Source: a virus
Lineage: Duplodnaviria; Caudoviricetes
Virus record (IMG/VR): IMGVR_UViG_3300025653_003050
Location: 1-46,735 of that record
Length of the DNA stretch: 46,735 nt
Reading direction: 5' to 3' (one strand)
Below, piece after piece: positions 37,166 to 45,260 of this stretch. The notes under the pieces are model-generated. The model did not search any database and was not told the origin of the DNA. It saw only the letters and a program-made list of their open reading frames with translations. The position numbers and the translations under genes are program-made. Position 1 is the first letter of the stretch; each line of letters begins with the position of its first letter.

Positions 37166-37536
37166 TTGTCCCCCAGTGTGAGATCATGTAAATTACTCTC
37201 AGGATGTGCCCATGGTTGATCACGCTTATCCAGTGCTTCATTCAGCGCATCAGATACATTCTCCTTGAATGAACGATAGGGAATGAACATGTCATCTTCA
37301 TCAGTCTTATAATCTTGATGAGTTTCTTTGAACTGACGATCTACATCATACAACATAGACTGTACCATGTCATTGATAACTTCCAAGGTCTTTGGTGTAA
37401 GTGTGTGCCACTCATAACCAGGAAAGAGATCATCCTTGACACGATTTAGCAATGCTCTCTTGCAATGCCATTGTTGATCAAAGGTACTGGTAAATGCTTC
37501 CCAGTCATGACCAGATTTAAAATTAGGAATACTCAT
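37162..37536 (-). CDS. Hypothetical protein
   Basis: 124 aa, coupled ORF. Confidence 0.7.
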   Translation of the reverse strand: MSIPNFKSGHDWEAFTSTFDQQWHCKRALLNRVKDDLFPGYEWHTLTPKTLEVINDMVQSMLYDVDRQFKETHQDYKTDEDDMFIPYRSFKENVSDALNEALDKRDQPWAHPESNLHDLTLGDK

Positions 37537-37784
37537 TTGTTCTTCTCACAATACAGGAAATACTTGTATTCAGCAAGGTTGTGCTGTGTCCATTGTATTA
37601 TATCACATTCTTTGTATTTGCCAACCACTTCAACATTTGATGATATGGGATTGCTCACGTCTGTGCTACCATTGGCAAGCACGAACAGGACAATCAAAAG
37701 TGCAGTAATGACACCAACAACCACACCAGCACCAGTGAGAAACTCTTTGAGAGCAAACTTATCATCCTCAGTCATTTTTCCCAA
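37533..37784 (-). CDS. Hypothetical membrane-anchored protein
   Basis: 83 aa, N-terminal transmembrane segment. Confidence 0.7.
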   Translation of the reverse strand: MGKMTEDDKFALKEFLTGAGVVVGVITALLIVLFVLANGSTDVSNPISSNVEVVGKYKECDIIQWTQHNLAEYKYFLYCEKNK

Positions 37785-37954
37785 GCATAGGATTTCAAAA
37801 GTTCGTTGTCTTTTTCCAATTGTTCTATTCTATCACACAACTCAGTGATAATACAAATCAAAGAACGATAGTCAATTGATTCAACATCATCTCCACCTTC
37901 CATATCATTATAATATGTGTATAGGAGTTCTTTGGTGAAGTTTCGTTTAGTCAT
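37772..37954 (-). CDS. Hypothetical protein
   Basis: ATG 37954 (MTKRNFTKELL...). Confidence 0.6.
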   Translation of the reverse strand: MTKRNFTKELLYTYYNDMEGGDDVESIDYRSLICIITELCDRIEQLEKDNELLKSYAWEK

Positions 37955-38240
37955 AGGGTTGCTGTGGATCTTCCTCTGCCTCATGATCTTCGAGGTATTG
38001 GTCAATTCGATCCCAGTTCCATGTACGTTCTATGATACCAACATCAAGACCAAATTTGTACGCCCAAAGCATAATACTCAACGTGCTACCGTTGCCTGAT
38101 TTGATTTGAATGTAGGGCCATGCAGCATAATCATTCCAACTCACAGAACCTTGAAACAGTGCCCAGTGACGGTTATAGAGAATTTGGGCATAAAGATCTG
38201 TCCCATAATCTTCACGCCGTTTGAATGAAATAATTTTCAT
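37947..38240 (-). CDS. Hypothetical protein
   Basis: 97 aa; AAGGAG RBS upstream. Confidence 0.7.
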   Translation of the reverse strand: MKIISFKRREDYGTDLYAQILYNRHWALFQGSVSWNDYAAWPYIQIKSGNGSTLSIMLWAYKFGLDVGIIERTWNWDRIDQYLEDHEAEEDPQQPYD

Positions 38241-38264
38241 AATAAACTCCTTTTTTAGATTGTA

Positions 38265-38876
38265 TCACAATTGAATTACAGAAACAATACCCTTATGGTT
38301 TTTGGAAAGATTTTTATACACATTTAAGACACTCCAATAGTTATAGGAATTTATTTTACACCAAGAACTCATACAATCAGTAATTACATCTTTTCCATTT
38401 TCAAAAGTTATTTTCCACGATTTTGAATTCCCATTATCAGCACCTTTAGTTCTCAATCTACTATCAGCAGATATTTTTTCTTTTGTTTCTTTAGTGTGCC
38501 TTTTACCAAAAAATGGATTTTTATCACCCATTATTTTATTTTTCTCTTCTTCCTTTGACCATCGTTTCAATTGTTTTTGTTTAATTGTATTTTTATACTC
38601 ATTAGTATGCCTATATCCACTTGAACCTTCTCCACCATCAGTCTTATTATGAAGAATACCCGTTCCCAAATCTTTTCTACCAAACACACCAATCATATAG
38701 ATTTCGTGCCTAAATGCTTCTTCTTCAGTAAGATTTTGTTTCAATAAAAGTATCCTCTTTGTAGAAGGAACAAATACGGTGTGCTTTTTTCTATCAAAAG
38801 CTCTGCGATTTTTACCTTTACCGATATAGTAAGGTGTTCCATCTTCACGCAAGTATGCGTAAGTATAATATTCCAT
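38265..38876 (-). CDS. GIY-YIG-like homing endonuclease with NUMOD3 motifs
   Basis: YYTYAYLREDGTPYYIGKG, EEEAF..E, LHNKTDGGEG, NPFFGKRHTKETKEKIS; AT-rich relative to its neighbours. Confidence 0.85.
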   Translation of the reverse strand: MEYYTYAYLREDGTPYYIGKGKNRRAFDRKKHTVFVPSTKRILLLKQNLTEEEAFRHEIYMIGVFGRKDLGTGILHNKTDGGEGSSGYRHTNEYKNTIKQKQLKRWSKEEEKNKIMGDKNPFFGKRHTKETKEKISADSRLRTKGADNGNSKSWKITFENGKDVITDCMSSWCKINSYNYWSVLNVYKNLSKNHKGIVSVIQL

Positions 38877-38877
38877 C

Positions 38878-38960
38878 TGCTCTGTTTTTTGGATCGCAAT
38901 ATTATTTATAAGGGAAGCATTTCTACTTCCCCTACCTGAAAAGTGCGACCCAAACAGGCA
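38878..38960 (-). promoter_or_regulatory. Structured 5' region with internal late promoter TATAAATA (38903-10)
   Basis: Outer arms 38944-60 and 38878-98 are complementary; inner GGGAAGTA-GAAA-TGCTTCCC hairpin at 38912-31. Confidence 0.7.
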
Positions 38961-38967
38961 TAGTTAT

Positions 38968-39363
38968 TTATCGTCCCGTAATGTCCTCATAGTCCATTAG
39001 TCTCCCATACTTGAAATGAATTCTACATCTAGGCCAATCTTCCCACGGTCCTTCCCATCCCTCAGGATGAACCTCAACATATTTGGTAATAGGATGTAAT
39101 TTTACACTACCACGATTACCATTTGGCACCCACTCAAAGTTCATCCATGCTCGATCTTCAACATACTCAGGATCTCCTGGTTCATAGATCTTTAGATCAG
39201 CAGTATGAGCGTAATCAATCAGATACAAATAACCAGCAGGATCTAACCAGTATTGTGACATAGTGCCACCAATACCATCTTCAATGTCTTTTGTCTGACA
39301 GGTTACATTAGTAAACTCAGGTCCAAGATCAAATGATGATCTAAAAAAATCCAACATCCCCAT
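38968..39363 (-). CDS. Phage hypothetical protein
   Basis: 131 aa, MGMLD..CQTKDI. Confidence 0.75.
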   Translation of the reverse strand: MGMLDFFRSSFDLGPEFTNVTCQTKDIEDGIGGTMSQYWLDPAGYLYLIDYAHTADLKIYEPGDPEYVEDRAWMNFEWVPNGNRGSVKLHPITKYVEVHPEGWEGPWEDWPRCRIHFKYGRLMDYEDITGR

Positions 39364-39386
39364 TATTCTAACCCAATAAGATCTTC

Positions 39387-39776
39387 CTATTGTTGTAGTT
39401 CAACTGTACCCATGGGACCTTTCTTCAAACGTTCCCATTCTTCATCACGCTTCTTCCACTCCTCAAACTTCTTGTCCAGGTCCTCATCCATAGTGAGTTC
39501 ATACTCTTTACAGACCTTACGCTGATCTTCTTCGTTGGTGTAATCATTGAATACCAATGACATAGCACCAGAGCGAATAGAACTGGGAGACATACCCACA
39601 CAGAGCATGAACTTCTCAAACAGTTTGAAATACTGTTTGGCAGTAAGATCAGCAGCAGGTGCAGTGATCAGATAATGCTCTTCTGGGATGAAGTCATCAT
39701 CAGTCCAAGATGATGTCCCATAGGTGGGAGTGAACGTAGCATCAAATTTGAATTGAACTTTTGCTTCGTAGGTCAT
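39387..39776 (-). CDS. Hypothetical protein
   Basis: 129-aa coupled ORF. Confidence 0.7.
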   Translation of the reverse strand: MTYEAKVQFKFDATFTPTYGTSSWTDDDFIPEEHYLITAPAADLTAKQYFKLFEKFMLCVGMSPSSIRSGAMSLVFNDYTNEEDQRKVCKEYELTMDEDLDKKFEEWKKRDEEWERLKKGPMGTVELQQ

Positions 39777-39976
39777 GAATATGTCCTCATGAATTGATCA
39801 AGGGTGAAGATGTCGTCAGTCTGTGTCTCTTCTACTAGTTCATCATAGGATAGATCCTTGATGCTGTCAAGATATTCTTCTGGTGTGGGGTCTGTATCTG
39901 GATCAAAGTCATCATGACATAACCATTCATACTCTTTGACCAATGCAGTAATCAATTCTTCATTAGTGTAGGTCAT
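39773..39976 (-). CDS. Acidic hypothetical protein
   Basis: ATG 39976; ATGA coupling at both ends. Confidence 0.7.
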   Translation of the reverse strand: MTYTNEELITALVKEYEWLCHDDFDPDTDPTPEEYLDSIKDLSYDELVEETQTDDIFTLDQFMRTYS

Positions 39977-40653
39977 TTGATGTAACCTTCTTCCTTCAAC
40001 CATTGGCGCGTGAGAGGGGTTGGCTCGTAGACCTCCCACATGCTACCCTTAGCACATGCTTGAAGCGCCTTCTGGGTCATCCCAGCGGTCTTTCCTGCCC
40101 ATGTTGCCTCTGCCTCCCATGGCACTGCTGACGCTGGATAGGTCTTCTCTACCATTTCTCTCCACAGAGGTGGTACTTTCTCCTCTGGCATGATAATAGC
40201 AATCATGCTATTCTTGACGCTACCTGCCATACAATCTTGTGCTACATGCCATCCTTCATGACGCATTACACTCATCAACACATTAGGTCGATGCATGTAT
40301 GTCTTGTTCAAGAAGAATGCATTGCTCACAGTATGGTAGACACCACGGTGACCAACTGGAAAGTATCTCTCATCAGCAAGATATACTTTGACACCAATTT
40401 GATTGAGTGTCATAAGCATATTATTGAACTCTTGTGCCACTGGTGTGAATGCTTCCATGTTCTCATAGTTAGAACTAATGTCTAACATGCTGAACACTTC
40501 CTTCACATCCTTCTTACACTCACGCATGAGCATACAACCCATGGCATCATAAGAATAGAAACCCTTGGTGATCTTGTCCTCAGCAGCAGATGCAACATTA
40601 CCCATCAATAGGGTCATTGTCATCAGGGTTTTTAGGATTAGCGAACGTGCCAT
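39973..40653 (-). CDS. Putative exported zincin-like (HExxH) protein
   Basis: Signal-peptide-like N-terminus; VMRHEGWHVAQDC and downstream WEAEA. Confidence 0.65.
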   Translation of the reverse strand: MARSLILKTLMTMTLLMGNVASAAEDKITKGFYSYDAMGCMLMRECKKDVKEVFSMLDISSNYENMEAFTPVAQEFNNMLMTLNQIGVKVYLADERYFPVGHRGVYHTVSNAFFLNKTYMHRPNVLMSVMRHEGWHVAQDCMAGSVKNSMIAIIMPEEKVPPLWREMVEKTYPASAVPWEAEATWAGKTAGMTQKALQACAKGSMWEVYEPTPLTRQWLKEEGYIK

Positions 40654-40774
40654 AGTTGTATGTGTAATAAAGGAAATTGTTGATGCTACGCTCGATGCCT
40701 AGCGATTGTTTCACATCCAACCATGACTGATACTCTAGTTGGAGATCTTCACCTAGTTCGATTGTAATTTTCAT
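40598..40774 (-). CDS. Hypothetical protein
   Basis: ATG 40774 (MKITIELGED...). Confidence 0.55.
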   Translation of the reverse strand: MKITIELGEDLQLEYQSWLDVKQSLGIERSINNFLYYTYNYGTFANPKNPDDNDPIDG

Positions 40775-40907
40775 GATCTTGAATGCCTTGCTCTCTGATT
40801 GCTTGTAAGATAGACTCTTGAGCGACCCGATCATCACTCTTACATGCTTCCATGTATCTGACAATCAGGTCGCGCAGTTCATCACTGATCAGCGGTGCGT
40901 TGGACAT
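40749..40907 (-). CDS. Hypothetical protein
   Basis: ATG 40907 (MSNAPLISDELRDLI...). Confidence 0.55.
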   Translation of the reverse strand: MSNAPLISDELRDLIVRYMEACKSDDRVAQESILQAIREQGIQDHENYNRTR

Positions 40908-41109
40908 AGAGTTGGAGGAGTTCTTCTTCATTGTAGTAGAGGGTTTCTTCTTCGTCCATTTGATCAGGGTCTAACCACTCAAAGAACTCATCAGCAATAG
41001 CAAGGGCATCTCCGTGGCGATCTTCTGCTAGCAGTTCTTTGAAACGCTCGCAGCAGTAATCATAAACAAGATCACGCTGGTAGGAAAGGCGTTCGGTATC
41101 AGTGCTCAT
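40882..41109 (-). CDS. Hypothetical protein
   Basis: 75 aa, coupled. Confidence 0.7.
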   Translation of the reverse strand: MSTDTERLSYQRDLVYDYCCERFKELLAEDRHGDALAIADEFFEWLDPDQMDEEETLYYNEEELLQLYVQRTADQ

Positions 41110-41354
41110 AGTTTGTTAGCGAAGAGGACGTTGTTGAGGTGGTCGTACTGAATGAATTCTACATCATCAGGGAGCAGAGAGACTGCTGCTGCCGCGAAGT
41201 CGTTAGGAAACTTCTTGAACAGACGCCAGAACTTCTGCACACCATCATAATCAAGGTCTTCATGAGGCAGGACACGGATCTCCCAGTTGCCACGAGTGTA
41301 ACGATTGGGATACGGATTGATGAACTCGCGGATGTACTCTTGTAGCATGTTCAT
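41106..41354 (-). CDS. Hypothetical protein
   Basis: 82 aa, coupled. Confidence 0.7.
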   Translation of the reverse strand: MNMLQEYIREFINPYPNRYTRGNWEIRVLPHEDLDYDGVQKFWRLFKKFPNDFAAAAVSLLPDDVEFIQYDHLNNVLFANKL

Positions 41355-41584
41355 TTGGTGAAGACCTCAACGTTGTGTTCGTAGTACAGTTTAGCAGAGT
41401 CAATGAGAAGTTTGCTCATGTAAGCAACATACTCTACATCTTCCTGATTAGGATCGAAATCGTAAGCATATTCCCAATCAATATTACCATCGGGATCAAC
41501 AGGCGCACCGAACACTGTGATACCGTCATCTTCAAGCGCGAACGCTTGTTCGTTAGCGACCAGATAGTAGACAGGAGGTTTCAT
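41351..41584 (-). CDS. Hypothetical protein
   Basis: ATG 41584 downstream of a sigma70-type promoter. Confidence 0.7.
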   Translation of the reverse strand: MKPPVYYLVANEQAFALEDDGITVFGAPVDPDGNIDWEYAYDFDPNQEDVEYVAYMSKLLIDSAKLYYEHNVEVFTK

Positions 41585-41612
41585 GAGAGGAGAAGCGATT
41601 GAACTCTGTAGT

Positions 41613-41641
41613 AATTTAGCAGGAAAGGCGCGGAATGTCAA
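41613..41641 (-). promoter_or_regulatory. Sigma70-type promoter without palindrome box
   Basis: TTGACA-N17-TAAATT. Confidence 0.75.
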
Positions 41642-42039
41642 CGCTGGTACAAATACGAACCCGCCCAGTCTGCGTTCTCAAGCAACCACTCGCGGTCTTT
41701 GATCAACAGAAGGTTGAAACGAACACCTTTAGCAGGCGCTTTGAAAGAAGCAGACTTGTAAACTTCGCCAGTCTTCTTGTCAACAAAGGCATGAACACTA
41801 CGGGAAGCAGGGCGATTGTGGTTAGGAACTTCCATGATGATCTTGTGATACTTGCGACCAGTCTCGATCACAAACTTATACTCAGGAGCATCATAACCAC
41901 CGACTTTGCCATGGTTACGATCCTTGAAGTTCTGCTCCAGGGCATCACACAGCATCAGGCAATACTTACGAATGTTCAACTCGATAGTGTTGCGAGCATC
42001 AGCGGTGGCGCAGTACTCAGCGAAGGTGGCGGTGGTCAT
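41638..42039 (-). CDS. Conserved phage hypothetical protein
   Basis: ATG 42039; GRKYHKI..SVHAFVDKKTGEVYKSASFKAPAKGVRFN. Confidence 0.8.
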   Translation of the reverse strand: MTTATFAEYCATADARNTIELNIRKYCLMLCDALEQNFKDRNHGKVGGYDAPEYKFVIETGRKYHKIIMEVPNHNRPASRSVHAFVDKKTGEVYKSASFKAPAKGVRFNLLLIKDREWLLENADWAGSYLYQR

Positions 42040-42060
42040 GTCGTTGTCTGAACTGAAGTC

Positions 42061-42120
42061 AGTATAGGGTGAAACGGTGGGGTTTGGGAGACTGATCATG
42101 CCACTTCCTCAGCTGGCACA
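42061..42120 (-). promoter_or_regulatory. Palindrome-box promoter 10
   Basis: -10 TATACT 42061-66; box CATGCCACTT-CCTC-AGCTGGCACA 42097-120; gap 30. Confidence 0.75.
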
Positions 42121-42302
42121 CGGGACACGGTGAGACGCTTGAAGTCATACTGACGCCAGGCATCACATGCCTCGTTCACCATACGATTGTGCTGACGATC
42201 CATGCCCTTGGCAGTGGTGCATTTCTTGCACTTGCGGAAATACACGATGGGGATCTCTGTCTCGGGCATGTCGATCTCGATCTTGTAGTGGGAGTAGGTC
42301 AT
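42096..42302 (-). CDS. Hypothetical protein
   Basis: 68 aa between two box promoters. Confidence 0.7.
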   Translation of the reverse strand: MTYSHYKIEIDMPETEIPIVYFRKCKKCTTAKGMDRQHNRMVNEACDAWRQYDFKRLTVSRVPAEEVA

Positions 42303-42328
42303 GGGTGGTGTCCCTTGCTGATGTAATC

Positions 42329-42387
42329 AGTATAGGGCTCAGGAGAGCAGTTCCAAGACCTCCTGTGACAGTTCCTCAACTGGCATG
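42329..42387 (-). promoter_or_regulatory. Palindrome-box promoter 11
   Basis: -10 TATACT 42329-34; box TGTGACAGTT-CCTC-AACTGGCATG 42364-87; gap 29. Confidence 0.8.
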
Positions 42388-42467
42388 TCGTTGTCGATCT
42401 CCATCATGTCGTATTCTTCTTCGATCTGCTCCAGGAGCCAGCGGTCAAGCATTACTTCTTCAATCAT
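42339..42467 (-). CDS. Acidic peptide (42 aa; not in track)
   Basis: MIEEVMLDRWLLEQIEEEY...; ATGA coupling. Confidence 0.55.
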   Translation of the reverse strand: MIEEVMLDRWLLEQIEEEYDMMEIDNDMPVEELSQEVLELLS

Positions 42468-42655
42468 TTGGTTTCAGTAGCGATGGTGTTAGAAATGTTA
42501 GCGATGAGAGTAGAAACTTTGTGGATAAACACACGCAGTTTGTCATTTACATTGTTCTCAGTCCAACTACGATAGATGAACCGAGACACAGCGACAATCA
42601 CAGCAGACCAAAAGGCAGCAATGAGTATCAGTTTGTCAATCAATTTCCAATACAT
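42464..42655 (-). CDS. Hypothetical membrane protein
   Basis: 63 aa, N-terminal hydrophobic helix. Confidence 0.65.
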   Translation of the reverse strand: MYWKLIDKLILIAAFWSAVIVAVSRFIYRSWTENNVNDKLRVFIHKVSTLIANISNTIATETK

Positions 42656-42795
42656 TAGAGTAGGGTAAGTTGTTCAAAGTTAATGTGGTCAGAGCAAGAG
42701 TCATCGTCTTGCAAATCTAACATGTCAGTGTCAACATGCTTGAGGAGTTTGCCGAAGAGAAAGTCAACAAACTCTCGATCTTCTTGGGTAATCAT
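42655..42795 (-). CDS. Hypothetical protein (46 aa; not in track)
   Basis: MITQEDREFVDFLFGKL...; coupled at both ends. Confidence 0.6.
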   Translation of the reverse strand: MITQEDREFVDFLFGKLLKHVDTDMLDLQDDDSCSDHINFEQLTLL

Positions 42796-42947
42796 TTAGC
42801 GTAGCGGCAATCTGGATGAGGTTGAGGTAGAGCAGCACACGCTTGATCGTATGCTTCAAACATTTTGAGATCTCGTTGTGCTAAGAATACATTGTAGGAT
42901 GTAATACCAGCAACAGCAAGAATGATCCAGAAGACGTAAGTTTTCAT
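42792..42947 (-). CDS. Membrane-anchored peptide (51 aa; not in track)
   Basis: MKTYVFWIILAVAGITSYNVFLAQRD...; coupled. Confidence 0.6.
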   Translation of the reverse strand: MKTYVFWIILAVAGITSYNVFLAQRDLKMFEAYDQACAALPQPHPDCRYAK

Positions 42948-43108
42948 CAGTCAATGTCAGTGTAGAGGAACTTACCATCAGGATTGATACCCATCTCTTC
43001 ACAACGGCACTCGTAAGCAATACGCTTCAAGAGTTGAAGATCATAGTTATCAACACTGTTGATGATAGTGCGACGGAGTTGAGCAGTTTGGGTGTCGTCA
43101 GTGATCAT
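42947..43108 (-). CDS. Hypothetical protein (53 aa; not in track)
   Basis: MITDDTQTAQLRRTII..LLKRIAYECRCEEMG. Confidence 0.65.
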   Translation of the reverse strand: MITDDTQTAQLRRTIINSVDNYDLQLLKRIAYECRCEEMGINPDGKFLYTDID

Positions 43109-43133
43109 GGGTCATTCCCTTGACTACCTCAGT

Positions 43134-43192
43134 AGTATAGCGTCAGTCGAGCTCGCTGAGGGCACGACCGAGACACTTTGACAAGTGTCCTT
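43134..43192 (-). promoter_or_regulatory. Palindrome-box promoter 12
   Basis: -10 TATACT 43134-39; box CGAGACACTT-TGAC-AAGTGTCCTT 43169-92; gap 29. Confidence 0.75.
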
Positions 43193-43337
43193 CAAGTTGG
43201 CAATCATCGACGCCATGACGCTTTGCTGATTCACGCACCACAGAGATGGGAGCACCCCAGAGCACATCGATCAGGACTTTCAGTTCCTGAGTGTCTAGGG
43301 GCACTTCAGTGGCGACAGAGGGGCAGGGATAGGTCAT
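43143..43337 (-). CDS. Hypothetical protein
   Basis: 64-aa ORF. Confidence 0.6.
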   Translation of the reverse strand: MTYPCPSVATEVPLDTQELKVLIDVLWGAPISVVRESAKRHGVDDCQLEGHLSKCLGRALSELD

Positions 43338-43375
43338 AAGTCATTCAGGTGGGTTACAGGCGCTCCTGGGTGCCT

Positions 43376-43657
43376 CTAGCAGAACGCTAGGACGCTAGGA
43401 CGCATCGGTTTCAGGATTTGCATTGCACTATAAGGTGTGGTATCCTGAATGTCAACCACATCTCCTACCTTATCTGATCGGATGGGAGCATAGTAAGTTT
43501 TCTTACTGGGTTTATAAAATCCCCATACGGATTTGACTTGCTTGGAGGTATAGCTGAATTCGTAATGATTAACGCACCAAATACGAATAATACCACGCTT
43601 GAAATCGTCAAATTCATATGAATATCCTTCAGGAGGAGTGTGTGGAAATTCTATCAT
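43376..43657 (-). CDS. Phage hypothetical protein
   Basis: FPHTPPEGYSYE..VWGFY..TTPYSAMQ; TGATG coupling. Confidence 0.75.
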   Translation of the reverse strand: MIEFPHTPPEGYSYEFDDFKRGIIRIWCVNHYEFSYTSKQVKSVWGFYKPSKKTYYAPIRSDKVGDVVDIQDTTPYSAMQILKPMRPSVLAFC

Positions 43658-43899
43658 CAGCAATACACGGGGGAGTAATCAGAACCTTGGTACGCTTCAG
43701 TGTTGAAGTCAGTGACCTCAGCGCCGTTAGCAAGGTAGTTACGGATGTCGTAGAGAGCGTCAGACTTGACACAGGTGCTGAAAGAAGTCATCTCCTGGGA
43801 GATCTCTTCAGTGGGGTGCCAGATCACACGCTTGACGAAACGCTTGCCACCAGCACAGGGGAAAAAGTCGATCTGGGTGGCAGAGGTTTGGAGTTGCAT
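43657..43899 (-). CDS. Hypothetical protein
   Basis: 80 aa downstream of a box promoter. Confidence 0.7.
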   Translation of the reverse strand: MQLQTSATQIDFFPCAGGKRFVKRVIWHPTEEISQEMTSFSTCVKSDALYDIRNYLANGAEVTDFNTEAYQGSDYSPVYC

Positions 43900-43922
43900 G
43901 GGTGTCTCTCGATTACCTTGTA

Positions 43923-43981
43923 ATCATACACGGCATCAGGGGAACAGGGGATGGTGAGTGGGCGGTTTGACAGCTGTCACA
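43923..43981 (-). promoter_or_regulatory. Palindrome-box promoter 13
   Basis: -10 TATGAT 43923-28; box GTGGGCGGTT-TGAC-AGCTGTCACA 43958-81; gap 29. Confidence 0.7.
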
Positions 43982-44709
43982 CCCAGTTGCCCGATGCGCT
44001 CGATGCTCTTGGCATAATACTCTGTATCGCGTTCGCAACCAATATAATTGCGACCAGCACGTTTTGCTGCGATAGCAGTAGAACCAGAACCCATAAAGAT
44101 GTCCAGCACAGTATCACCAGGATTGGTATATGCGCGGACAATACGTTCCATCACCTCAAGATTCTTGGTGGTAGGATGCCAACCACAGTAATCTTTAGAC
44201 GTGGTGTGGTTGTTCTTCTCCCAAATACAGGTGGGAATAGTGCCCTGAGTGTAGTCTTGACCAGTGCGTAGATTCTTCTTCACCTTACGTTCCACACGAA
44301 TTTCCGCATCATTGAACAGAAATTCCGCGCCTTTAGACCAACACCACGCATACTCATGTTTGCGAGCAAAGTTAGTCTTAGCACGTCCACCCCAGTTGTA
44401 TGACCAGATGATCTCATTCTGTGGTGTGAGCACAGCATGATTATCTGTGGTCTGTAGTTTGTAGCGCAGGAATGTCTCCGTCTTGAGTGTACCCCACACA
44501 ATGAACATACGATTGGGTTTTAGAACACGGACACACTCTGCCGTCCACTGTCCACACCAATCAAGATACTCATGCTCACTGTTCCACTGAGAATCCCATC
44601 CCTTACCACCATCAAATCCAATGAAATACGGTGGATCTGTGACTACCAGATCCACACTATCATCCTCAAGAGTCTTGAGGTAGTCTAGACAATCTAAATT
44701 TTCAATCAT
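43936..44709 (-). CDS. N4-cytosine/N6-adenine DNA methyltransferase, beta class
   Basis: Motif IV DLVVTDPPY near the N-terminus, HPTTK, motif I VLDIFMGSGST near the C-terminus. Confidence 0.95.
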   Translation of the reverse strand: MIENLDCLDYLKTLEDDSVDLVVTDPPYFIGFDGGKGWDSQWNSEHEYLDWCGQWTAECVRVLKPNRMFIVWGTLKTETFLRYKLQTTDNHAVLTPQNEIIWSYNWGGRAKTNFARKHEYAWCWSKGAEFLFNDAEIRVERKVKKNLRTGQDYTQGTIPTCIWEKNNHTTSKDYCGWHPTTKNLEVMERIVRAYTNPGDTVLDIFMGSGSTAIAAKRAGRNYIGCERDTEYYAKSIERIGQLGVTAVKPPTHHPLFP

Positions 44710-45238
44710 TCAACAGGGTCTCCAAATCTTTCATGTCTTGAGTAGCACGGTCAACAATCGCTTTCGCTTTCTCTTCAGCAAACTGCTTCAGTTTGACATT
44801 CTGCTCACCGATACGATATGCTTCATAGATTTTAGCACGAAGTTCGGTTTCCATGCAACCATACTTAGCAACTTCAGTGGGATTGAGGTTGACTTGAGCA
44901 CACTCAATAGCACTGTGAGAGTGTTGTCCTTTCTTGTTCAAAACTTTTTTAAGAATAGTAGTAGGGTCGATTACAGCATAATCATAGTCATAGTATTTGT
45001 TGCCACTGAGGTCTACAATAATAACCTCATAACGAGTACAATGAACTTGATTCAAACCAACTTTCTGAGCAGTACAATCTTTATGCTCTGCGAAGAAATT
45101 GTCCTCTTTGAACCAGAGATCGTCAGTGTGCTTACCCTTATGCTCAGGCAAAGGTTTATCAGCACCCAGAAAGTCACGAAGACGTGCTTCAACCCCAATG
45201 GATTCTGTCTTGATCGAAGAGTTAGTGCGGATCTTCAT
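44702..45238 (-). CDS. Candidate PD-(D/E)xK nuclease (possible restriction endonuclease)
   Basis: ATG 45238; GVEARL...TDDLWFKEDNFFAEHK; overlaps the MTase start by 8 bp. Confidence 0.45.
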   Translation of the reverse strand: MKIRTNSSIKTESIGVEARLRDFLGADKPLPEHKGKHTDDLWFKEDNFFAEHKDCTAQKVGLNQVHCTRYEVIIVDLSGNKYYDYDYAVIDPTTILKKVLNKKGQHSHSAIECAQVNLNPTEVAKYGCMETELRAKIYEAYRIGEQNVKLKQFAEEKAKAIVDRATQDMKDLETLLND

Positions 45239-45260
45239 GGTGCGTTGCTTTGATACTGAT

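Noticed and set aside
42520-42528. Single TTATCCACA DnaA box
   Set aside because: Isolated and inside a CDS; compatible with chance
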